Below are positions 8,964 through 18,019 of a stretch of 64,000 nt of DNA, one piece after another. The translations under genes were made by a program, and so were the position numbers. Position 1 is the first letter of the stretch; every line of letters begins with the position of its first letter. The stretch spans positions 46,934-110,933 of the forward strand of contig MEZH01000007.1 in assembly GCA_001775995.1 (NCBI GenBank), written 5' to 3'. Source of the stretch: Candidatus Bathyarchaeota archaeon RBG_16_48_13. GTDB taxonomy: Archaea > Thermoproteota > Bathyarchaeia > RBG-16-48-13. The notes under the pieces were generated by a model. The model saw only the letters and a list, made by a program, of their open reading frames with translations. It searched no databases and had not been told where the DNA came from.

Positions 8964-10331
8964 ATGGCTTCAGTCGATTTAGTGATAAAGAATGGAAAGA
9001 TAGCCACGTCCACTGGAATCTTCGAAGGGGGCGTCGCCGTAAAAGATGGAAAGATCGCTGCAATTTCCAAGGATCCACTTCTTCCAAAGGCAGAGAAGAA
9101 GATAGATCTTAAGGGTCGTTTGCTGGTTCCGGGTGCAGTCGACGGCCACGTTCACGTGTACATACCGCCCTACACTGTCGAGAACTTCGAAACGGGCACA
9201 AGAGCGGCAGCGGTCGGAGGTGTGACCACGATCGTTGAGATGCCGTCGATTGGAGATTATTTGACGACCACGGTTAAGAATCTGAAATGGAAGATAAACG
9301 AGGGAAAAAAGAACGCGATAACGGACTTTGCGCTCTACGGTGGCGAGATTATGGAGGACAAAGACACCGCGGAGATCCCCGAGCTTGTTTGCAATGGAGT
9401 CGTGGGATTCAAAATAACGTTCGGCGGCGGTGACACAGCTGTCAAAAACGACGGCATAATCATGGACTCCTTCATGAAGATCGCCGAAACCGGCTCCTTG
9501 GCCACAATCCACGCGGAGAACGACCAGCTCTGGCAATACTTTAGGAAGAAACTCATGGATTCAGGTCGGAAGGATCCTGCAGCGCACTCTGAGTCCCGTC
9601 CAAACATCGTAGAGGCAGAAGCCTTATCCAAGGGAATCATGTTCTCCACGGAAGCTGGAAACAGGCTCCATGTAGCTCACCTCAGCACGATGGAGGGTAC
9701 GGAGATGGTGCGAGAGTCAAAATTCCTGGGCGACATGGTCACAGCGGAAGTCTGTCCTCACCACCTCATCTTCAGCATCGAAGATTACAAGAAGCTGGGA
9801 CCGTACATCGTGTGCAACCCGCCTATCCGCTCCAAGGAAGACAATGAAGCACTCTGGGACGCACTCGCGGATGGAACGATTGACATGGTGGTCACAGACC
9901 ATTGCGCATTCACCAAGAAGGAGAAAGAACCAGGCTGGAAGGATATCTGGAGCACGCCCTCCGGCATGGCGGGTCTAGAGACGAGCCTCTCGCTGATACT
10001 TAGCGAAGGCGTCAACAAAGGCAGATTCCCTCTCACCAGGTTTGTCCAAGTCATGTCCGAAGCGCCAGCGCGACTGATGGGGCTATACCCCAGAAAGGGG
10101 GCGATAAAGGTGGGCTCCGACGCGGACTTCGCTGTGTTAGATCTTAAACGGTCCCACACAATAAGAGCAGACCAACTGAGGTGCATCGGGGACTTCACGC
10201 CCTTCGAGGGGCGCAAAGTCAAAGGAAAACCCGTCTTGACCATCGTTAGGGGTGAAGTGGTAGCCGAGGAAGGCGAAGTCTTAGGGAAGCCCGGGTACGG
10301 CGAGTTCATACCATCAACGGTCCCTGAGTGA
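8964..10331 (+). CDS. Cyclic amidohydrolase (allantoinase / dihydropyrimidinase / dihydroorotase family)
   Basis: PGAVDGHVH, AAAVGGVTT, GFKI (carboxylated Lys), HAEN, HVAHLST, EVCPHHL, NPPIR, TDHC; SD GGAGG before ATG 8964. Confidence 0.85.
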   Translation: MASVDLVIKNGKIATSTGIFEGGVAVKDGKIAAISKDPLLPKAEKKIDLKGRLLVPGAVDGHVHVYIPPYTVENFETGTRAAAVGGVTTIVEMPSIGDYLTTTVKNLKWKINEGKKNAITDFALYGGEIMEDKDTAEIPELVCNGVVGFKITFGGGDTAVKNDGIIMDSFMKIAETGSLATIHAENDQLWQYFRKKLMDSGRKDPAAHSESRPNIVEAEALSKGIMFSTEAGNRLHVAHLSTMEGTEMVRESKFLGDMVTAEVCPHHLIFSIEDYKKLGPYIVCNPPIRSKEDNEALWDALADGTIDMVVTDHCAFTKKEKEPGWKDIWSTPSGMAGLETSLSLILSEGVNKGRFPLTRFVQVMSEAPARLMGLYPRKGAIKVGSDADFAVLDLKRSHTIRADQLRCIGDFTPFEGRKVKGKPVLTIVRGEVVAEEGEVLGKPGYGEFIPSTVPE

Positions 10332-10340
10332 AGAGAAAGA

Positions 10341-11282
10341 ATGCCCCATTTCGCCTGCCTAGTGGGAGGGAAAGCCGCCAAGAGGAGCAGATTCGGCTCC
10401 ATTTGGAAGAGCCATCAGATGGGAACCAAGCTGTCCGCTAAGGCCTGCCAAAAAGCACACCTGAGATTTCACGTCCTGGACTCGGAGTGGATATGGCATT
10501 ATCTGTCCCCAGAAGAAGCAAAAGATCTTGTCACGAATTTCCCCAGCCTGACAATGGTCCTTTCATTCGCCTCCAGACACAATGGGGCGCTCAAGATCCT
10601 CAGAAAAACCCTCGAAACAGGAATTGCAGATAAACTAGCATTGGACTTGGTGGTGGGCAACAACGCTTATCTAACCAGAAACGAGGCCAAGCGGGCGCCG
10701 GGAAGATCCTTAGTTGAAGCGGTAAAGTTCGCTCGTCGCCACTTTCAGGGCCCAGTGTTCGTGGGGACAGAGGGCATGTGGACGACCTCTGCGGAGCTCG
10801 CGGCTGAGTACGACTTGATACCGTTCTTCCTCTTGGACCGAAACATGGAGGAGAACCTTGGCCAGATCAGGGACTCCATGGGCAAGGGAAGCGTGGCGAT
10901 CTACGTGCCATTCATAATATCTGAGAACTACCCCCGCTTGTTGGACGATGTCCTTCAGAGACTCTCCGGATACATCTTCAGGAGGAAATGGGTTCAGAAG
11001 GGCTTGAGAGACTTGGGAGTGAACCCCTCTCAGCCACAGATAAGAGCGATAACGCAGGACAAACAGAAGATGACACCAGAGTTCCTGAAGAGTGAGCTTG
11101 GCGACTTCTTGCGTTCGGCCGCCTCCACATTATCCCTGTTTGGGACGCCAGAGACCGTTACCGAAAGGATCAGGGAACTCCATAAAGTCGGGTTCGATGT
11201 GATAGTTGGATATCCCATCAAAGAGAACGAGGAACAGGCGCTCGCTTTCGGCGATTGCATAAGGAAGGTCTCTGAGACATAG
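10341..11282 (+). CDS. Hypothetical divergent TIM-barrel / LLM-like protein
   Basis: 313-aa ORF 9 nt after the amidohydrolase; only the C-terminal SLFGTPETVTERIRELHKVGFD resembles LLM C-termini. Confidence 0.5.
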   Translation: MPHFACLVGGKAAKRSRFGSIWKSHQMGTKLSAKACQKAHLRFHVLDSEWIWHYLSPEEAKDLVTNFPSLTMVLSFASRHNGALKILRKTLETGIADKLALDLVVGNNAYLTRNEAKRAPGRSLVEAVKFARRHFQGPVFVGTEGMWTTSAELAAEYDLIPFFLLDRNMEENLGQIRDSMGKGSVAIYVPFIISENYPRLLDDVLQRLSGYIFRRKWVQKGLRDLGVNPSQPQIRAITQDKQKMTPEFLKSELGDFLRSAASTLSLFGTPETVTERIRELHKVGFDVIVGYPIKENEEQALAFGDCIRKVSET

Positions 11283-11288
11283 AAGGAC

Positions 11289-13949
11289 TTATTCAGCTTC
11301 CGCTCTCTGAATTATTCCCCTCAGATATTGACCGAAGTCTGCAAGCTCATTCCTCTTCTCGGTGCCGGCAAACCACGAAAAGATCAATCTCTGAATGGCC
11401 AACGCGAAGGCTATATGCACGTCTCCCCTCGAGATGTATATAACAGGTGAGTCTATCTCTTCTCGTACTTTGTCCACGGACCAGCCATCCTCTTTCAGGG
11501 CCACAATGAAACCCTTGAGGAAGCTCTCTGGATCCCTCCTGATGAAGCTCTGACCGTGCATAGTGTTCTGTTCTTGAACCTTCTTGAACTCTTCTCCGTA
11601 AACCCGTTTCAAAACGTTCATCTGGTGCTTCTTCAGCAGATCTTCCTCTACGTTGAGGATGGGGATTGACACGGATATCTCCTGATCCTCGGAAACGGGC
11701 ATCTTCACCTGCGTAAGAGCCCTTTTCCTGAACTCTCCTCCTTTTCTCGTGGCTGGGACTATAATCGGGGGCGTTTCGAGGGTGTTGAGCACCTTTTCCT
11801 CCCGAGTCACCTTTTTCTTAACTACCAGCGCAATCTCAGGTGTCACCGCTCTTCCTGCGTGCTCACTGGTTCTGGGCCTCATTGTAGCGAGGAAGGCACG
11901 TTCGGTGAAGACAGAGTGGTCAGCTATGATTGCATCACCCACAGGGATTCTCCTAATGAATTGAGCATCACCTATCTCCTTGGGAAGGAAAGTGGGGGTC
12001 CTCGCCTTGAGAGCAGCTATGTCGTCAGCAAAGATGAGCGTGTGTGTGATCAGAAGGTCGAGTTGGGACAGGATTCGGGTGTCCATGGCAGCCGGCTGCT
12101 GAGTGCAGAGGATGAGACCGCAGCCGGGCATCCTACCTCTCTTCGCGTATTCTATTAAAGGCTCCGAGGCGGCTGTCTTCCCAGCCGACGGGGCCAACAC
12201 GTGGGCTTCGTCCACGAGCAGCCACGTCACTGGGACACTGATCTTCTTCTTTTCTATACTGTACTCCACCTTCGAAGCTTCAAACTCCCTAGATAGGCGG
12301 GTCCGTTCGTCCAGTATCTTCCTTGCCAAGATTCCCACTACCAAGGCTCTCAGAGAGTCCCCCAGTTGGCTTACATCCAAAACCGAGACTTGGCCTTTGA
12401 CAGATAGTGTCTCTAGACGCAATCCTTCTTGGGAGAAGACCCCCCAATGTTTGGAGACTTCAAGTCGCATTTTTACAGCTCTGATTGTGTCTGGTTTGTA
12501 CATGTTCACGAGCTTTCCATCAGTCTGGACACACCCTATCAGGTCGTCAATCGAGTAGTCTGATTTCCCCTCGACCAGATGGCCACGGCCTTCTCCATCT
12601 ATTTCATAGCCCTCCCTGACCTCCTTGACGCTCTGCATCAGCAAACCACCGGAGGGACTTTCATAAGGGCTAATCCCAAACGTGGAGCACCAATCTTCCC
12701 CTGTCAGCTCACTTGGCTTTATGGCGAAGGCGAAATCTCTGGTCGCCTGAGGTACATCATCGTAAAATCCCACGGGAACAAAGACCTTGACGTTTTCGTA
12801 ACCTCTTGGCTCAAGACCCCATTCCTTGACCCTCGCCGCGTCTCTTTCGCCTTGCACGGGATATTTCATGCTCCAGAATGTTCCCATAGGATCGACAATT
12901 ATCACGCCGATCCCCAAGTCGGATCTAGCCAGCTCCTCCACTATGACCCCAAGGGTATAGGACTTGCCTGAGCCGGTCTTTCCAGAGATGAATACTCGAT
13001 GAGGCTGCATCACATCAAGCAAGATCTTCTTGCCGAAGCTAGAGTCCCCTGACTTCTCGCAGATCCTACCTATGTAGATGGTGCCGCTATCACCCAGTTT
13101 GGTTTGGTCTTCCTTGCTCCTGCCAATGAGTACACATTCACCCGAATCATCCCCTAAAATACTAAGAGGAACACTGAGCGAAGGTGTGAATTCACCAAAA
13201 AGGCTCGTTTCTGGATAATCCCGCCGAACTTTGCCTTCTCCTTGGACATAGGCCAAAGCCTCCTTGATGGAAAGGGCGTCATTCAGCACGCCCATAGGCG
13301 AGGAAATGAGTTTTCTGATCGTGATATCGATAGGGTAGTAGTCAGGGTCGAAGTTGGACAATCTCCAGAGATCAGTCACCAGCCCTTCATTGGAGTAGGC
13401 GGGCAGCTTCTCGGCAGCTTCATCTAAATGGCTTCTGTTTCCATCCAATAGGTACAGGACCGGAAGCATTTTCGACTTATCCTCTTCACTCAGGGTTGTG
13501 CCAGTCTTTTTAACTCTCTTCAGAAAATCAGCGTCCTTGGTAAGGAGGTACATCAGGCTCATCAAGTGAAAGGTCGAAAAGGATGCAACATTTGACTCGA
13601 AGAAGAAGAGGGCCTTGAAGAGAGCGTCCACAACTTTTTCATCTTGAAGAACCTTATAATATCTGATGAGGGATAGCACAACCGCCCCACTTGTATTCAC
13701 ATCGGCTTCGCCCATTTGATTAAACCATATCCCCTCGCTTGATTGAAGGGAAAGAAATTTCCGTGTGAGTTTTTGGGATTTTTCAAGGAACCGCGGCTTT
13801 CCCGTGATCTCATGAGCCAGCAGCAGGCCTTCAAGGTATTCAGTCTGGTCCTTCAGAGAGACGGGTTTGTAAGAGTCCAATGCAGCCAGGATTCGTACGA
13901 GGAACTCATGTAGAGGTCTCCCGAATTCGAAAACGTGCTGCTCCGCCAT
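11289..13949 (-). CDS. HerA/DUF87-family P-loop ATPase fused to an N-terminal alpha-helical toroid-like domain
   Basis: IYIG, HRVFISGKTGSGKS (Walker A), IIVDPMG, LLVDEAH (Walker B), RGRMPG..LILCTQQP; about 290-aa helical N-terminus with LQSSEGIW; SD GGAGG before ATG 13949. Confidence 0.8.
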   Translation of the reverse strand: MAEQHVFEFGRPLHEFLVRILAALDSYKPVSLKDQTEYLEGLLLAHEITGKPRFLEKSQKLTRKFLSLQSSEGIWFNQMGEADVNTSGAVVLSLIRYYKVLQDEKVVDALFKALFFFESNVASFSTFHLMSLMYLLTKDADFLKRVKKTGTTLSEEDKSKMLPVLYLLDGNRSHLDEAAEKLPAYSNEGLVTDLWRLSNFDPDYYPIDITIRKLISSPMGVLNDALSIKEALAYVQGEGKVRRDYPETSLFGEFTPSLSVPLSILGDDSGECVLIGRSKEDQTKLGDSGTIYIGRICEKSGDSSFGKKILLDVMQPHRVFISGKTGSGKSYTLGVIVEELARSDLGIGVIIVDPMGTFWSMKYPVQGERDAARVKEWGLEPRGYENVKVFVPVGFYDDVPQATRDFAFAIKPSELTGEDWCSTFGISPYESPSGGLLMQSVKEVREGYEIDGEGRGHLVEGKSDYSIDDLIGCVQTDGKLVNMYKPDTIRAVKMRLEVSKHWGVFSQEGLRLETLSVKGQVSVLDVSQLGDSLRALVVGILARKILDERTRLSREFEASKVEYSIEKKKISVPVTWLLVDEAHVLAPSAGKTAASEPLIEYAKRGRMPGCGLILCTQQPAAMDTRILSQLDLLITHTLIFADDIAALKARTPTFLPKEIGDAQFIRRIPVGDAIIADHSVFTERAFLATMRPRTSEHAGRAVTPEIALVVKKKVTREEKVLNTLETPPIIVPATRKGGEFRKRALTQVKMPVSEDQEISVSIPILNVEEDLLKKHQMNVLKRVYGEEFKKVQEQNTMHGQSFIRRDPESFLKGFIVALKEDGWSVDKVREEIDSPVIYISRGDVHIAFALAIQRLIFSWFAGTEKRNELADFGQYLRGIIQRAEAE

Positions 13950-14171
13950 CAACGATCCTCCCTTTACCGATCTTCTTGAAGTAATATTATCTCCCATTTC
14001 ATATCTGTTTGTTCGAACTAATCTCTGTTCCTAATAGACTCCAAGGAAAATTTCGAGGAAAATTATCGACCTGATGGTAGATGCAGCGGGCATGGGGGAG
14101 AATCCGAAGGAATATATCATTTGCTGTAGATACTCCCAAGTAGAGAGTTCATCTAGCTGGAGTGATGAAAG

Positions 14172-15134
14172 ATGCCTAGCGTGAACAAGTTGGCTGCCAA
14201 GATCTGCGAGAAGATGATTGAAGAGGCCGGGGAATTGAACATAGGATATGATCGCCTCAGGAATGGCAGCCACGTGATAGACACGGGGATAAGGGTCCCC
14301 GGTGGAATCCAAGCTGGGCTGCGCTCGATCACGTCATGCTTGGGCGGTCTTGGGAATGCATCGCTCGCCTCAATGGAGATCGATGGAATGATGGTGCCGG
14401 CAGTGAATGTCTACACGGATTTTCCAGTAGTCCCCCTACTATGCCAGGCAATGGGTGGATATCGAGAAGCCACTCGGGGGTGGCTCAACTTCAAGGCGGG
14501 CTCCTACAGAGCCATCGTCAGCGGTCCGGCCCGGGCTTTGGTTCATGAGCCCAAAGAACTGTTCGAGTTGATTGGATACAGTGATAACGCAGATGTGGCG
14601 GTATCGATCCTTCAATCCGAACAATACCCTGACGAGGTTGTGGCGGATGAACTGGCGAGAAGATGCAAGGTGAACCCAGAAAACTTGTACATGGTTCTTA
14701 GCCCCCTTTCGAGCATGGCAGGTTCGATACAAGTGATTGGCAGAAGCATCGAGAACGCGATGCTAAAGTTGCACAACCTGAACTTCGACGTAAGAAAAGT
14801 GAGGCACATCTATGGAATTGCGCCTCTGCCTCCACTTAGATCACGCAGCATTAACGTTGACGACATGCTATCCTATGGCAGCGTTGTTTACCTTTACGTG
14901 GATCCTGCGGAAGGAACAGATCTCAGGAAGCTAACCGGAAAGATCCCTTCAAGGTCGGCGAAATGCTATGGCAGACCCTTCTCGGAAATCCTCAAGGAAA
15001 GCGGCGGATTCGCAAAGATAGATATAGATTTCTTCGCCCCGGCGGAAGTCTACGTCAACGATCTGAGTACCGGCGCTTTATATAGATCCGGATCAATCAA
15101 CGGCAAGCTTCTGAGAAAGATGATGGCAATCTAG
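14172..15134 (+). CDS. mch: Methenyl-H4MPT cyclohydrolase (divergent)
   Basis: MPSVNKLA, VIDTGI..PGG..AG...CLGGL, SGPARAL, SMAGSIQVIGRSIE, DDMLSYG, YGRPF, FFAPAE motifs. Confidence 0.85.
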   Translation: MPSVNKLAAKICEKMIEEAGELNIGYDRLRNGSHVIDTGIRVPGGIQAGLRSITSCLGGLGNASLASMEIDGMMVPAVNVYTDFPVVPLLCQAMGGYREATRGWLNFKAGSYRAIVSGPARALVHEPKELFELIGYSDNADVAVSILQSEQYPDEVVADELARRCKVNPENLYMVLSPLSSMAGSIQVIGRSIENAMLKLHNLNFDVRKVRHIYGIAPLPPLRSRSINVDDMLSYGSVVYLYVDPAEGTDLRKLTGKIPSRSAKCYGRPFSEILKESGGFAKIDIDFFAPAEVYVNDLSTGALYRSGSINGKLLRKMMAI

Positions 15135-15438
15135 CCAACACACGATTTCTTATGTTCTTTGCCAAATACAAATTTCCTGGGATAGATATGACCAAATGGG
15201 GTTGGCCCCCAAGGTCAGGCGAGCAGCTAGCGGCGGACCCCGAATGTTCGCGTTGCTGGCGCGGCCCTTCACAGAGCGATTCTTGGATCAAACAACGTTC
15301 ACGAAGCTGACGCCCCGCGGTGATCCCCTTTGTGAGTGGTTCGATGAAATCGAAGAGTAGCACCTCGTTTCAAAGTACAATATGTTAATAAACGCAAATA
15401 GGTCAACATCCATCACGCTTACATCCAATTGGATATAT

Positions 15439-16590
15439 GTGGCGAAACTAGGAAAGGTGAAATACTTGGATATTAGCAGAGCCCGACAGCTTTTTCCGAT
15501 GCTCAGAACACATGTTTACCTAAACAATGCCTCCACTTCACCCTGCCCAACTCCCGTGAGAAGCGCTATGGCTGAGGCCATGGAAAAGTGGACCACGGAC
15601 GCTCATGTATATGAGTCTTGGATGGACAACTTGCAAGAGACCAAAGCACTTTTCTCTGAATTGATCGGCGCGAAGAAAGAGGAGATAGCGGGCATCACCA
15701 ATACATCCACCGGATTGAGCATCGTGGCCAACATGTTACCCTACAAAAAGGGATCAAATGTGGTCATAAACGACATGGAATTTCCAGCCAACACCTATCC
15801 ATGGCTCAACCTCAAGAGAAGGGGCGTCGAGGTCCGGGTCGTCAAGAACGTCGGAGGAAGGATACGGCTCAAAGATCTGGAGGAGGCTGTGGACGACCAC
15901 ACGGCAGCGCTATCAATAAGCCACGTGGAGTTCTCCAATGGCTTCCGCAACGATCTCAAGGCCATCTCGGAGATAGTGCATCGGCACGGCGCGACATTTG
16001 TGGTCGATGCGATCCAATCTGCCGGAGCCCTGGAAATCGACGTGAGGCGGCAGGGAGTTGACTTCCTAGCGACATCCTTCCACAAGTGGCTTTTGGGCCC
16101 GGAAGGGACTGGCTTCCTCTACGTTAGGGAGGAGCTGATCGACGAGTTCGATCCTTGGGCGACAGGTTGGCTCGCAGTGGAGAACCCTGAAGACTTCGAT
16201 AGCATGAACCTCAACTTCTCCAAAACAGCCCAGAAGTTCGAAACAGGTACTCATAACCTCTTGGGCTATGTGGGCGCAAAGGCCGCACTAGAGATATTTC
16301 ACGATATCGGGATGAGCGACGTGGAGAGGCGCATCCTGGATCTATCAGGAAGACTTCTGGAAGAACTCGAGGGATTGAAAGTGGATATTGTAACCACGAA
16401 GGAGGAGAGGTATCGTTCTGGGATAGTCAACTTCAAGGTACCAGAAGTGGACAGAGTCCTGGAGGGGTTGGCGAGGAGAAACATAGTGGTTTCCAAGAGG
16501 ACAGGAGGGATAAGAGTCTCCCCCCACTTCTTCAACGTCGAGGACGAATTGCAGCAGCTATGTCGAGCGGTCAAGGAGCTCTCTGAATAG
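15439..16590 (+). CDS. Class V PLP aminotransferase / cystine C-S lyase-like protein
   Basis: YLNNASTSP, NTSTGLS, EFPANTYPW, VDAIQSAG, SFHKWLLGPEGTGFLY, IRVSPHFFN; no C-terminal active-site Cys loop. Confidence 0.8.
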   Translation: MAKLGKVKYLDISRARQLFPMLRTHVYLNNASTSPCPTPVRSAMAEAMEKWTTDAHVYESWMDNLQETKALFSELIGAKKEEIAGITNTSTGLSIVANMLPYKKGSNVVINDMEFPANTYPWLNLKRRGVEVRVVKNVGGRIRLKDLEEAVDDHTAALSISHVEFSNGFRNDLKAISEIVHRHGATFVVDAIQSAGALEIDVRRQGVDFLATSFHKWLLGPEGTGFLYVREELIDEFDPWATGWLAVENPEDFDSMNLNFSKTAQKFETGTHNLLGYVGAKAALEIFHDIGMSDVERRILDLSGRLLEELEGLKVDIVTTKEERYRSGIVNFKVPEVDRVLEGLARRNIVVSKRTGGIRVSPHFFNVEDELQQLCRAVKELSE

Positions 16591-16626
16591 CCACCAATCT
16601 CATTCAGGCTGGAAAACGGAGAGACC

Positions 16627-17799
16627 TCAGTTCAGAAGATCAAGCGCGGAAAGAGCCATGACTTTGGCGGCTGTGATCACCTGGTCCAATTCAATGTATT
16701 CGTTTGCAACGTGATCAATTTTCTCGTCACCCGGGCCATACATCAGTGCTGGAATTCCATAGGAGAGATAGGATTTCGCGACGGTGGCTCCGCCAATTCC
16801 GATAAGTTTCGGCTCCTTCCCAAGGACAGACCTTACGGCACCGGAAACGACCTTCACAAAACCATTATCCGAGGAGACCTCGGTCGGAATCTGAGACGAG
16901 ACTTTCTCGACGACAACATCTATCTTCGGGTCTTGCTTCCTCAGGGATTCGATGAAGGCATTTAGCTCTTTCATGATGCCCTCTGGGGTCTGGCTCGGAA
17001 GATATCTTATATCTAATATAGCCTCCGCCTCTCCAGCCACCACGTTCGGGGCTATTCCTCCCTTTATGGTACCTATATTGATGGTGGGTCCACTCAGCAG
17101 CGGATGAGGAGAGTAGCTCATTTTGAATTCGCCTATGGCGCTCAGGACCTTGGAGAGCTTCTGGATTGCATTTACCCCCAGATTGGGCATGCTACCGTGT
17201 GCCTGAACCCCTCTGCACCTAAGCTTTAGCCAAAGGGTCCCCTTCTCCGCTATCTCCAGAGATTCGGAGAGAGTCTGTTCAGCGACCATGGCGAAGTCCG
17301 GTCTCAGCCCCACCACCTTCAAGAGATAGTCGACACCATAGGTGCTGCCCTTCTCCTCGTCTGCAGCAGCTATGATCATCAGCTTTCCCTTCAGCTTCGC
17401 CTTGGTTTCCTTCAGGGCCTTCAGGGCGAGTACGGCCGAGACAAGAGGCCCCTTATCGTCGGCTGCGCCTCGACCGTAGACTCGGCCATCCTTAAGCGTG
17501 GCCTTGAAGGGCGGAAAAGTCCATCCATCCCCAGCAGGGACGGTGTCGGAATGGCAGACTATCGCGAAAACGGGTCGGTTTTTTTCGCCGATGCTGCAGG
17601 ATATGTTGGTCCTACCCTTGGCTTTCTCATAGCTCGAAGATTTTAAGCCCAGTTCCTCGAATTCCTCTGAGAGGACCTGGGCGACATTGTGCTCATTGCC
17701 GGGCGGATTTACAGAGTCAACCTCTATTAGGCGCCCTAGGAGCCGGAAAGCTTCGTCTCGATATCTATCTATAATCCCGAAAATCCCTTTGCTGGACAT
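16627..17799 (-). CDS. M20 family metallopeptidase (ArgE/DapE-like)
   Basis: CHSDTVP, GRVYGRGAADDKG, ADEE, GVQAHGSMP..GVNAI, GGIAPNVV, YGPG..HVANE. Confidence 0.85.
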   Translation of the reverse strand: MSSKGIFGIIDRYRDEAFRLLGRLIEVDSVNPPGNEHNVAQVLSEEFEELGLKSSSYEKAKGRTNISCSIGEKNRPVFAIVCHSDTVPAGDGWTFPPFKATLKDGRVYGRGAADDKGPLVSAVLALKALKETKAKLKGKLMIIAAADEEKGSTYGVDYLLKVVGLRPDFAMVAEQTLSESLEIAEKGTLWLKLRCRGVQAHGSMPNLGVNAIQKLSKVLSAIGEFKMSYSPHPLLSGPTINIGTIKGGIAPNVVAGEAEAILDIRYLPSQTPEGIMKELNAFIESLRKQDPKIDVVVEKVSSQIPTEVSSDNGFVKVVSGAVRSVLGKEPKLIGIGGATVAKSYLSYGIPALMYGPGDEKIDHVANEYIELDQVITAAKVMALSALDLLN

Positions 17800-18019
17800 T
17801 CCACAACACTCTGCATGGTTTTGACCTGCAAGCTCTGTTGACCAAGTCTGAGTTTTATAAGGTTAGTGCCGATCCGCCTCATTTGCCATCCCGATGGGGT
17901 TCAGCTGTTTTAGCTGAAGTCCCTCTGATCGCATAGTGCTAATTGACTTGATTTCAGCTGCAGATAGACAAATAATGTGAGTCACTGAATATGATATTGT
18001 TCAAGTGGGTTGGATCTTC

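Noticed and set aside
11289-13949. Canonical DNA-repair HerA
   Set aside because: No nurA, mre11 or rad50 neighbors, no recognisable HAS barrel, and the protein is far longer than repair HerA
15097-15363. 88-aa minus-strand ORF between mch and the class V enzyme
   Set aside because: No recognisable motif, overlaps the mch 3' end, and composition is unconvincing
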